DNA of 50,946 bases from an uncultured Candidatus Saccharibacteria bacterium (GCA_964358425.1 CAYHON010000001.1:21609-72554); one strand, 5' to 3'; positions 36,219 through 47,633 are shown, numbered from the stretch's first letter. A program made the numbers and translations. The notes: generated by a model from the sequence alone, not told the origin.

Positions 36219-36644
36219 TTACTTCATAATTTCTATGCCCATACTGCGGGCGGTGCCTTCAATTATCTTTTTGGCGGCGTCCAGGTTTTCGGCGTTTAAG
36301 TCTTCTAGCTTCCTTTCAGCAATCTTGCGGATATCATCTTTGGAGACCTTGCCTACTTTTTTGCGGTTGGGCTCGCCCGAACCTTTTTCAATCCCGGCGG
36401 CTTTGCGCAGGAGATCGGAGGCCGGCGGGGTTTTTAGTTTAAAGTCAAAAGACCGGTCCTCATATATGGTGATTTCTACCGGCACTATTTCACCGACCAT
36501 CTTTCCCGTGGCGTCGTTATATTTTTTAACAAAATCGCCAATATTAATACCGTGCGGACCTAAAGCAGTTCCCACCGGAGGCGCGGGTGTGGCTTTGCCG
36601 GCCGGCACCTGTAGCTTTACGATTGTTTTGATTGGTTTTCCCAT
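36219..36644 (-). CDS. rplK: 50S ribosomal protein L11
   Basis: It contains [35 protein letters not shown] place the start at ATG 36644; the TTG at 36665 in the ORF track adds 7 non-conserved residues. Confidence 0.95.
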   Translation of the reverse strand: MGKPIKTIVKLQVPAGKATPAPPVGTALGPHGINIGDFVKKYNDATGKMVGEIVPVEITIYEDRSFDFKLKTPPASDLLRKAAGIEKGSGEPNRKKVGKVSKDDIRKIAERKLEDLNAENLDAAKKIIEGTARSMGIEIMK

Positions 36645-36774
36645 GGATATAAGTTCAAATATCAAAGCTCAAATGTCAAATCAAGTTCAAAGCCCAAAAC
36701 CCAAAAGAATTTATTTTGTCATTTGGATTTAGGGTTTGATTTGTCATTTGGATTTTGTCATTTGGGTTTAGCAA

Positions 36775-37320
36775 TTATAATTTCTTAATTTGTAGCGAAT
36801 CCAGCTCTACCGGCGTATCGCGCCCGAAGACATTGACCAAGACTTTTATTTTTCCTCTTTCCTGATCCACCTCGGATACTTTGCCGTCAAAGTCTTTGAA
36901 CGGACCGTCTATTATTTTTACCGGGTCGCCGACGTTTATTTCTATCTTAAATTTGGGTTCCTCCTGTCCCATCCGTTTCAGCAGGGTTTCCATTTCTTCC
37001 GTGGACAAAGGCGCGGGCGTGGTGCCTGCTCCGACAAAGCCGGTTACGCGCGGGGTATTGCGCACCACGTACCAGGAGTCATCGGTCACCACCATTTCCA
37101 CTAAAACATAGCCCGGATATATTTTTTCCTCCACTATCCGGCGCTTGCCGTTTTTTATTTTTATTTTTTTCTCAATCGGCACGACCACGCTGAAAATTTT
37201 ATCCTCCATCCCCATGGATTCTATGCGCTGTTTCAGGTTGCGCGCCACGGCGTCTTCGTAGCCGGAGTAGGTGTGGACGGCGTACCAGTTTCTCCCAAAT
37301 TCACTAGTCTGCTTAGGCAT
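36775..37320 (-). CDS. nusG: Transcription termination/antitermination factor NusG
   Basis: It has an NGN domain (WYAVHTYSGYEDAV) and a KOW domain (GDPVKIIDGPFKDFDGKV). Confidence 0.95.
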   Translation of the reverse strand: MPKQTSEFGRNWYAVHTYSGYEDAVARNLKQRIESMGMEDKIFSVVVPIEKKIKIKNGKRRIVEEKIYPGYVLVEMVVTDDSWYVVRNTPRVTGFVGAGTTPAPLSTEEMETLLKRMGQEEPKFKIEINVGDPVKIIDGPFKDFDGKVSEVDQERGKIKVLVNVFGRDTPVELDSLQIKKL

Positions 37321-37457
37321 CCCTGTGCTACAACTTCGATAAGTGTCTTTTCCGTTCTCGAAATTGCAGTAAAGTTAATTTAATATATTAGCTTCGTTAT
37401 TTTTTTTGAACCTTTATTATGCCTAGCGGCAATCGAAGTTGTCGCACGGGGCATGGT

Positions 37458-37640
37458 TTATAAAACAAAGTTATTCAAAATATATTGGAAAACATAATCA
37501 AGTCCACCTAGAAAAAGAGCTAGAGCGGCGCTGATAATGATGACGCTGGAAGTATACCGGATGGTTTCCTGGCGGGTGGGCCAGGTAACCTTTTTCATCT
37601 CTATCCGGGATTCCTTTATAAACTCTATGATTTTGGACAT
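37458..37640 (-). CDS. secE: Preprotein translocase subunit SecE
   Basis: It is 60 aa, with KVTWPTRQET followed by a single TM segment, and lies in the canonical position upstream of nusG. Confidence 0.9.
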   Translation of the reverse strand: MSKIIEFIKESRIEMKKVTWPTRQETIRYTSSVIIISAALALFLGGLDYVFQYILNNFVL

Positions 37641-37783
37641 TTGTATTATAGTAGCAAATTTGAGCTTTTTTAAAAGGCCCGCAGGCCTTTCTTTAGATGT
37701 TTGTAAGTATATACCAAGACGTTATCCGGTGTCAAATATCCGTTTTTAACCCCACTCCTTATCTTTCCCATCTTCTCTGGTGT

Positions 37784-37825
37784 AATGTTACAGATAAAAC
37801 GCTATAGCGTTTTATCTGTAACATT
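37784..37825. repeat. 42 nt perfect palindromic element, copy 2
   Basis: AATGTTACAGATAAAACGCTA/TAGCGTTTTATCTGTAACATT shares the ATGTTACA..TAAAACGCTATAGCGTT.TA..TGTAACAT core with 20998-21041. Confidence 0.9.
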
Positions 37826-37843
37826 TACTTAAGTGTCTTCAGC

Positions 37844-38059
37844 TTATTGTCCGGCTTTCTCTTCAGCGTCGGCCTGGGCTTCCAGGCTCGAGAGCTCATC
37901 CGCGGCCTTATCAAATTCGGCCAAATCGGCAGAGGTCTCTTTTTCTACCTCGTCGGCCGTCTGGGCCAAAATCGTTTCAATTTCATCATGCTCGTCTTGC
38001 ACGTGCTTTTTTAAATCCTGCAAGGCTTGCAAATCGTCTTGAACTTGTTGGGTGGTCAT
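37844..38059 (-). CDS. Small acidic coiled-coil protein, hypothetical
   Basis: It is 71 aa and D/E-rich, and sits 19 nt downstream of 38079..38819. Confidence 0.45.
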   Translation of the reverse strand: MTTQQVQDDLQALQDLKKHVQDEHDEIETILAQTADEVEKETSADLAEFDKAADELSSLEAQADAEEKAGQ

Positions 38060-38078
38060 TAGAGTGATTGGTTAATAA

Positions 38079-38819
38079 TTAGGCTTGCAAGGCGGCCATT
38101 CTCTTTTCAATCATCTGAATTATATCTCTTCGCTTTTGTTGCTCTTCCATCAATTGGTCCATTTTTCTTTCTTGAGTAGCCAAAGCTTTGGCCGCGCTGC
38201 GCATTTCTGCCTGGAGTGCGACATCTTTGATTCTTGAGATTATAGCATCACGGGCACTTGCTCCCCTCTCTCTGACATTTTGGATTTTTTCTGCGCCGCT
38301 GGCGACCAATCGATCTTTGGTTTCCATTGCTCTCCGGTAGGCACTAACGCCTCTCTCGGCAACACCTTCCGCCAGAGCTACAGTTTCCTTTTTCACAAAT
38401 TTATAAGCCGTAACTCCTCCTTCAGCTACTTCTCCGGCTCTGGCTCCTGCCCATCTTCCGGTGGCCTTGCCCGCCTCTTGTACAGATTCAGCGGCCTCTC
38501 CCGCTTTCTTGGATACAAAACCTCCAAGTTGTTCTGCTTTTTCATCCAACAAATCCCCCTTCTCTTGTATAAAAGAGGAGGCTCGTTCGCTCGCTCTTTC
38601 GGCAGCCTGCCCCGCTTTTATAACCGCCACATCAGGAGCCAGCAGAACCGCTCCCGCTTTAGCGGCCTCTAATCCTAACTTTTTCCCGAATCTCATCATA
38701 CTGCTGAACTTATTCTTGGCTCCTTCCCAGCGTCTGCCCAGCCATTCCCCAATTTTGGCGGCTCTCTCCATACCCACTTCTTGAGCACTGGGTTCCTGGC
38801 CCATTGTTTCAAAATTCAT
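38079..38819 (-). CDS. Ala-rich helical hypothetical protein
   Basis: It is 246 aa with repetitive amphipathic A/E/K/G helices. No motif was recognised. Confidence 0.5.
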   Translation of the reverse strand: MNFETMGQEPSAQEVGMERAAKIGEWLGRRWEGAKNKFSSMMRFGKKLGLEAAKAGAVLLAPDVAVIKAGQAAERASERASSFIQEKGDLLDEKAEQLGGFVSKKAGEAAESVQEAGKATGRWAGARAGEVAEGGVTAYKFVKKETVALAEGVAERGVSAYRRAMETKDRLVASGAEKIQNVRERGASARDAIISRIKDVALQAEMRSAAKALATQERKMDQLMEEQQKRRDIIQMIEKRMAALQA

Positions 38820-38919
38820 ATTTGTTGAAATTATTATTTTTTATTTAAAGCACTACGGCGACCTTTTTCTCTCACCTCAAGATTAAGGAAACTACCTCAA
38901 CGTGTCAAACTAAATCAAG

Positions 38920-42642
<3,723 letters not shown>

Positions 42643-42810
42643 TCATGGGCACTAATTTAAGCTGTTCTTTTTATGTCCATTTATGGATGTATTTTAACAG
42701 GTTCTGGGTATAAACTCAACTGTTAATATCATGCAATTGCCATGGTTGTGTCCTGCCAATCTAGTATGATATGCTTATAAAAAGTTCTTTTATAGAGCAA
42801 GGAGGAGAAT

Positions 42811-43728
42811 ATGTTTCTTAAAGGACCCATTTCTACCTTAATACCCGGCATTTTAAATATTGCCACCGGTAAGCCGTTTGCTTTTGGGATAAACATTTCC
42901 GATAGATGTCCGATAAATTGTGACTGCTATTGGAGAATGGCATCAAGAGTAAACGAAATGGAAGATGAAGAATTGGTAAGGTTTGTTTGGAATAAAAAAC
43001 ATACTAACCATGTTGTTTGTTTTTTGATTGGCGGCGAGCCTTATGTGCGTCCGGGGCTTTTGAAAAAAGTTGCCGGTATTATACCTGTAAACATACTTGT
43101 CACTTCGGGCACTACTCCTCTTTTAAGTTTGCCCCGTACCATTCATTTTATATCGGTAGACGGCAGAGACGCAGAAACTCATGACAGGGTTAGAAAAAGT
43201 AGTGGTCTTTTCCAGAGAATAGTCAAAAATTTATCTAAAGCTCGCCAGCAAAAATTCCCCGCTTATATTCATACAGTTTTAAATGCTGTTAACTATGACC
43301 AAGCTGAAGGCATTCTTGAATATTGGAGTAGGGGGGGGTTGGCCGATGGATTGATATTTAGCACTATAACCCCGAACTCCCACAACCCAACGGCTTTGGA
43401 TTTAAGCGATTCACAAAGAGAAGGAGTCGTAGAAAATTTGCTTGACCTCAAGAAACATTATCCTAGTTTCTTGTGCAATACTCGGCGAATGATTGAACTA
43501 TTCCATCCGAAAGAGACCAAGAAATTCAATCCTGGACGATGCGCCAACGCAAAATATTTTCCCGCTTTTGACGCTGCTGGTAAAAAGATTCCTAAATGTA
43601 TATTTGGGCCGGATGCGGACTGTACTCGTTGTGGTTGTATCGTAACAACTTATGCTGAATCTTTAATGACCCCAAACGGATTCTTGTCTGCGCTTGGTTT
43701 AGGAAACAAATTTTCTTCCGTCAGTTAA
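42811..43728 (+). CDS. Radical-SAM-like enzyme with an atypical Cys spacing and a C-terminal Cys cluster
   Basis: The N-terminal cluster is CPINCDC (C-x3-C-x1-C). GGEPYVRPGL is present. The C-terminus is CIFGPDADCTRCGC. The gene looks more AT-rich than its neighbours by eye. Confidence 0.55.
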   Translation: MFLKGPISTLIPGILNIATGKPFAFGINISDRCPINCDCYWRMASRVNEMEDEELVRFVWNKKHTNHVVCFLIGGEPYVRPGLLKKVAGIIPVNILVTSGTTPLLSLPRTIHFISVDGRDAETHDRVRKSSGLFQRIVKNLSKARQQKFPAYIHTVLNAVNYDQAEGILEYWSRGGLADGLIFSTITPNSHNPTALDLSDSQREGVVENLLDLKKHYPSFLCNTRRMIELFHPKETKKFNPGRCANAKYFPAFDAAGKKIPKCIFGPDADCTRCGCIVTTYAESLMTPNGFLSALGLGNKFSSVS

Positions 43729-43730
43729 CA

Positions 43731-43756
43731 AAAAGAGCCCTCAGCAAGGCTCTTTT
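43731..43756. terminator. Bidirectional terminator between convergent genes
   Basis: The sequence is AAAAGAGCC-CTCAGCAA-GGCTCTTTT. Confidence 0.7.
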
Positions 43757-43760
43757 ATTT

Positions 43761-44897
43761 TTACCGTATCTCAGCCCCAAATCTTTTGGCTGTCTCAATG
43801 ATGATTTTTTCCTGGATAGGCTCAATTTCACGCGTCTCCAGGGTGCGCTCATTGCTGCGATATACGATTCTATAAGTATAGCTCATCTTGTCCGGACCGA
43901 ATTTTTCGGCGTTATCATAGTTATCCAGAAGTTTAACTTCTTCCACCAAACTGCCGCCCAAATCGCGGATGAGGTCAAAATAATCATTGGGCACAAATTC
44001 TTTTTTTACCACAAAAGAAATATCGCGGGTGATTGCAGGGAACCGCGAGACTTCTTTAAATTTGTTGCCCAGGCGCAGCTGCTTTTTTATGCGCTCGTCC
44101 CCAGACCAAAGCAATCTTATATCCGGCAAATCCATGCTGGCGATAGCCAGTCTTTCCAAACCGAAACCAAAAGCCCAGCCGTTGTAGCCCACGAGGCCAA
44201 AATTTTTAAGCACCTCTTTTTTGGGCAGGCCTCCTCCCAGGATTTCAACCCATTCTCCATTTACCATTACCTCAACTTCAAGCGAGGGATCGGTGTAAGG
44301 GAATATGTCTGGGTTAAAGCGGTATTCTACATCGGGTCCGAATACGCTTTTTACAATTTCTGAAAGCACATTTTTAAGGTCATCAAGTACTAAGACACCT
44401 TTGCTGTCCGGGGTAATATACCATCCCCCCATTTGATGGAAGATATTCATATGTCTGCGGTCAATCTCATCTTTTCGGTAGACCTTGCCGTAGCAGAGGG
44501 TTCCGAGCGACTCATTTTTTTCAATGCGTTCTTTTACCTCCGGCAAATTTAGATAATAGTACCAGAAGACGGTGTCGTGGGTGCGGAGTATATTTTCATC
44601 ATCCACATAATATGTATCCGATTTGGAGCGGGCGGGATGATCCGCCGGGAAATTAAAAAGATCAAAACTTACGTGTGCCGGTACAATCTCGGGGATGTTG
44701 ATATCGTCAAAGTCTTTGAAAATAGAGAGAGATTTAACTCTGTTAACCATCTCAAAAAGCGGACTTTCTGGTATGCGCGAAAGATCCGGCATGGCCAAAA
44801 AACGCTTCATCCTTAAGCTCTCTGGGTCGTCTTTTGACTCCAAATCACTTCGCAACTTATCCGCCGTGGGCGACTGAATTGTGATAACTTCTCGCAT
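43761..44897 (-). CDS. Single-chain phenylalanyl-tRNA synthetase of the mitochondrial (FARS2) type: class II catalytic core fused to an FDX-ACB anticodon-binding domain
   Basis: PADHPARSKSDTYY, YRKDEIDRRHMNIFHQ, FPYTDPSLEVEV..NGEWVEILGGG, GWAFGFGLERLAI..DLPDIRLLW and C-terminal FPAITRDISFVV...YRIVYRS.ERTL all parallel human FARS2 segments as I recall them. Confidence 0.8.
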   Translation of the reverse strand: MREVITIQSPTADKLRSDLESKDDPESLRMKRFLAMPDLSRIPESPLFEMVNRVKSLSIFKDFDDINIPEIVPAHVSFDLFNFPADHPARSKSDTYYVDDENILRTHDTVFWYYYLNLPEVKERIEKNESLGTLCYGKVYRKDEIDRRHMNIFHQMGGWYITPDSKGVLVLDDLKNVLSEIVKSVFGPDVEYRFNPDIFPYTDPSLEVEVMVNGEWVEILGGGLPKKEVLKNFGLVGYNGWAFGFGLERLAIASMDLPDIRLLWSGDERIKKQLRLGNKFKEVSRFPAITRDISFVVKKEFVPNDYFDLIRDLGGSLVEEVKLLDNYDNAEKFGPDKMSYTYRIVYRSNERTLETREIEPIQEKIIIETAKRFGAEIR

Positions 44898-44935
44898 AAA
44901 ATTTTTTATATAACTTGTAGGAAAATTTCATAATC

Positions 44936-45247
44936 TCAATTTTCCAATTTGCCTCCCCGGTTTAATATTAGTATCTGCACTATGTCGGCAAAGATGGCCT
45001 GAAACGCCAGACGACTCTTTTTTACCGAATCCTCAACATGCTCCGTTTCTTTTATAATGTTATTTCGGTAATCAGCCACGTCTTGCCAAGTAATAGTTCC
45101 ATTTTTAGCTTTCTGCCAGGCAGTGAAATCTTTTTCGGTCAGATCACTCATCTTTATCTCCGGGGTGTGAGGATTTTCTGGATGATCTTTTAACCATTCT
45201 GCTATTTCTTTTCGAGGGGATTCTGAAAACGTTGGTTGTTCGATCAT
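44936..45247 (-). CDS. Hypothetical protein
   Basis: It is a 103 aa ORF with no recognisable motifs. Confidence 0.45.
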   Translation of the reverse strand: MIEQPTFSESPRKEIAEWLKDHPENPHTPEIKMSDLTEKDFTAWQKAKNGTITWQDVADYRNNIIKETEHVEDSVKKSRLAFQAIFADIVQILILNRGGKLEN

Positions 45248-45353
45248 GTTTAAGACTTAATTAATCTTCATATCTTGCGGTACAGTTTTTATATCTTAGC
45301 AAAAAAAACCTGACAGATAAAGGATAAAATTTTAAAAATTTATCTGACAGTTA

Positions 45354-46847
45354 TTACCTCAAAGATTGATAAATACTCGCACCCTCCTGGATAATCGGAT
45401 TTTTGGCTTCCTCCTTTTTATTTACATTGCCGTAGACGAAACTGCTTTCCAGATATTTTATGATAGCCCGAACATCCTGGATGCGGTTGCGCGAGCCCAG
45501 CACGGTAATTACTATCGGCCGCCAGCCGTATTCGTACAGCCGGACGCCATATATGCCGGCTATGGTCTGCAGGGCATTGCTGGTCCAGCCCGCCTTGCCT
45601 CCGAGAAATCTTTTGTCGTCGCGCGGCCAGTTGACGTTGAGCCAGTAGTACTTGTGTTTTTTATCCAGCGAGACCAGGGAATAATCTTTCTGGGCGGTTA
45701 GTTTGAGCAGGTCCGGGTGTTTGCCGTTGACATAGCGCAGAAGCTTGAAAAGGTCTCCGGCGCTGGAAATATTTTCTTGCGAAAGTCCCGAGGAATCCTG
45801 GTAGTGGGTCTGCTCCATGCCGAGCTCTTTGGCTTTGCCGTTCATTTTTTCTAAAAATTTGGGATCGTGCAGACGGAAAGCGGTCGCCACGTCATTGGCC
45901 GAAGGCAGGATCATGGCGTAAAGCAAATCCAGAACTTTAAACGACTCGCCGGAGGTTATGCCGGAAAGGGTGCCTCCAGCGCTTATCGCCTCCCTATCGA
46001 TAGTCAGCACGTCGTCCAGTTTAAGGCTCTCCATAGCTACGGTGGCGGTCATGAGCTTGGAGACTGATGCTATCGGAAACGAGTCGTTTTTATTTTTTTC
46101 AAAAAGTATCTGGCCGGTTTCCAGATCTTCCGCTAAAACTCCGGCGGCCGATACTTCCGGTACCTGATGCGGTAGATTGCTGCGGCGGAAGAAAGCAAAA
46201 TCGGTAGTGCTGTTGTCCAGAGTGTCGTTGTATACGAGGACGGTCATCCCCTCCTCCGCTTTGGAGAAAAGGTCTTTGGCATCATCGGAGGCTAGGCGCA
46301 CGCCGCCGGCATCGGTCTCATAAAACGGCCGGTCGTTGGCCAAAGTCGGCCAGCCGTGGATAAGATAATTGCCGAAAAGATAAATGCTCCAGGGCAGTTT
46401 GATGCGGTCATCGGTCTTGGACCAATGGCTTTCGGATTTGGACTGGACTTTGTAAAAACCGGAGGGAATATCAAAAAAGCCGTTTTCCTTACCCCGGGCC
46501 AATATCGCGAAATTATTGGTAACCCCGCCCTGCCGGTAGAGAGACAAAGTCATTTTTTCCAGATCTATGAAAATGAAATCTCTTTTTTCCCAGGCCATAG
46601 CCTGCTTTTTTTGCAAAACTTCTTTTTTATCCAAAAGGACAGGCTTGTCTTTGGGCAACTCCGCGTAGACCGGATTATTTTCGTCGGTTTGATAGATGGA
46701 AAAATAGTTGGCAGGCCCGGCCGGCTCGCGCACCCGGAGCATATAAAACTGCCGCATGGCAAAGTAGCCGGAGAAAAAAACAAAATTGGCCGCGACAAAA
46801 AATTTCAGGCCGTACCAAATATGTGTTTTGTTGAAACGGAGATTCAC
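45354..46847 (-). CDS. Membrane-anchored fusion of a YkuD-like (L,D-transpeptidase fold) domain and an S11 D-Ala-D-Ala carboxypeptidase
   Basis: The YkuD-like stretch is YLIHGWP...DAGGVRLASDD. The S11 motifs are SVSK (SxxK), SAND (SxN) and KAGWT (KTG-like). Confidence 0.7.
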   Translation of the reverse strand: MNLRFNKTHIWYGLKFFVAANFVFFSGYFAMRQFYMLRVREPAGPANYFSIYQTDENNPVYAELPKDKPVLLDKKEVLQKKQAMAWEKRDFIFIDLEKMTLSLYRQGGVTNNFAILARGKENGFFDIPSGFYKVQSKSESHWSKTDDRIKLPWSIYLFGNYLIHGWPTLANDRPFYETDAGGVRLASDDAKDLFSKAEEGMTVLVYNDTLDNSTTDFAFFRRSNLPHQVPEVSAAGVLAEDLETGQILFEKNKNDSFPIASVSKLMTATVAMESLKLDDVLTIDREAISAGGTLSGITSGESFKVLDLLYAMILPSANDVATAFRLHDPKFLEKMNGKAKELGMEQTHYQDSSGLSQENISSAGDLFKLLRYVNGKHPDLLKLTAQKDYSLVSLDKKHKYYWLNVNWPRDDKRFLGGKAGWTSNALQTIAGIYGVRLYEYGWRPIVITVLGSRNRIQDVRAIIKYLESSFVYGNVNKKEEAKNPIIQEGASIYQSLR

Positions 46848-46901
46848 CCTTTTATTATACCGAATCTAGCAAAAAACGGCACGAGGCCGTTTTTTATAAG
46901 G

Positions 46902-46975
46902 CGGAGTCGGCGGGTCTCGAACCCGTAACCTCCCGCGTGACAGGCGGGTGCTCTAACCAATTGAGCTACGACTCC
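46902..46975 (-). tRNA. tRNA-Asp (anticodon GTC)
   Basis: The acceptor is GGAGTCG/CGACTCC, the anticodon arm CCCGC-CTGTCAC-GCGGG, and the T-loop TTCGAGA. Confidence 0.85.
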
Positions 46976-46980
46976 ATTTT

Positions 46981-47121
46981 CTATTTTTTCTTTTTCAGAT
47001 GCTTGAAAAACTCTATTTGCTGCAACCTATGCTTGGCCTCTTTCAAAGTTTTATACGACCCAAACGACCTTCCGGTCGTCTCCGATAAAACCACGTATTT
47101 GCCTTTGATTTTCTTAATCAT
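46981..47121 (-). CDS. Candidate 46 aa basic small protein (MIKKIKGKYVVLSETTGRSFGSYKTLKEAKHRLQQIEFFKHLKKKK)
   Basis: It is an intact ATG-to-TAG ORF between two tRNA genes, below the ORF-track cutoff. The sequence looks protein-like, but there is no clear SD. Confidence 0.35.
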   Translation of the reverse strand: MIKKIKGKYVVLSETTGRSFGSYKTLKEAKHRLQQIEFFKHLKKKK

Positions 47122-47130
47122 TTTTTTAGC

Positions 47131-47202
47131 TGCCTCTGGATGGAGTCGAACCATCTTCTGAACTTTATGAGTGTTCCGTTCTAGCCGTTGAACTACAGAG
47201 GC
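47131..47202 (-). tRNA. tRNA with anticodon CAT (elongator Met or Ile2; not initiator-like)
   Basis: The acceptor is GCCTCTG/CAGAGGC, the loop CTCATAA, and the T-arm GATGG-TTCGACT-CCATC. It has no C1-A72 mismatch and no GGG/CCC anticodon stem. Confidence 0.8.
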
Positions 47203-47298
47203 ATACCTCGACTTCTTTTATATAAAGTAACTTATTTTTAAGATTTTGGCAACCAACCTAATATTTACTTTTATCCTTATTTTGTATATAATCTCCAT

Positions 47299-47627
47299 GC
47301 GGGGTAGAGGAGAAGTACCTCGCAAGGCTCATAGTAGAACTGTGACCCATAATGGCAACATTATGCGGAAAAACTTTCTAAATTGCTGGAAAACCCTTAG
47401 AGCCGGATTAGCCACAGCGTAATCGGAAACTTTAAGCGCGAAGGCTAAAAATAATCCGGATTGGGCAATCAGCAGCGAAGCCTTGGCCAAAGGCCAGGTA
47501 ACGTTCAGAGACTATAATGGAAGGTTCCTGCTTTATCCAAAGTTGGAATATGGTATAGTCCATTCCTCCTATAAATAGGGGGTGTAAAAGAACCTTGAGG
47601 CGCCGGTGCAATTCCGGCCCCCGCAAC
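47299..47627 (+). ncRNA. Unassigned structured RNA of about 330 nt
   Basis: A TATAAT box (47287-47292) lies upstream. The 5' GCGGGG pairs with the 3' CCCCGC. Many hairpins are present, including CAUAAUG-GCAA-CAUUAUG, CCUUGGCC-AAA-GGCCAGG and GCCGG-UGCAAUU-CCGGC. An intrinsic terminator follows at 47634-47664. No plausible CDS is present. Confidence 0.6.
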
Positions 47628-47633
47628 ACTTAC

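Noticed and set aside
36645-36665. TTG-initiated 7-residue extension of rplK; similarly the 16-residue extension of 3472..5883
   Set aside because: The internal ATG starts reproduce the conserved L11 N-terminus in one case and a clean signal peptide in the other. They also remove the overlaps.
36028-36732. 234 aa plus-strand ORF, and many other long antisense ORFs in the track (for example, 816..1124, 1794..2183, 4168..4794, 6134..6628, 11664..12185, 12121..12603, 19123..19689, 46356..46928)
   Set aside because: They lie entirely opposite well-supported genes with clear conserved motifs. They have low-complexity, Ser/Arg/Pro-biased translations and lack starts with any context. They are shadow ORFs.
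36716-36765. CRISPR-like array from the three TTGTCATTTGG repeats
   Set aside because: The repeats are only 11-17 nt long with 3-14 nt spacers, there are only three copies, and no cas genes are present. This is not a CRISPR array.
37641-37700. Possible leaderless secE mRNA (TATAAT only 4 nt upstream of the ATG on the minus strand)
   Set aside because: This is a single -10-like hexamer with no convincing -35. I cannot distinguish it from chance in AT-rich sequence, so it is not reported as a feature.
47299-47627. tmRNA (ssrA) identity for the structured RNA
   Set aside because: The terminal helix has no G3-U70 alanine identity pair. The near-universal 5' GGAUUCGAC segment is absent, and the T-loop reads UGCAAUU rather than UUCRANU. 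The 3' end is ACAC, not (A)CCA-like. I could not find a tag ORF ending in a hydrophobic ..AA-type tail; the candidates end ..EPD, ..LATA and ..QRL. The identity is kept open only as 'divergent'.
47299-47627. RNase P RNA (rnpB) identity
   Set aside because: GAGGAGAAGUACC loosely resembles the CR-I GAGGAAAGUCC, and AAAGAACC resembles ACAGAAC. However, the strands cannot form a P4 helix in the required geometry. There is no room for P2/P3 between the terminal helix and the CR-I-like segment. An extra hairpin also separates the 'P4' and P1 3' strands.
47596-47633. Cobalamin-riboswitch core resemblance (GCCGGUGCAAUUCCGG-CCCCCGCAAC vs consensus GGUGNAAAUCC...GCCCCCGCNACUGU)
   Set aside because: The match sits at the very 3' end, immediately before the terminator. 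The remaining aptamer parts are absent downstream and no regulated gene follows. The resemblance is probably just a shared T-loop-type motif.
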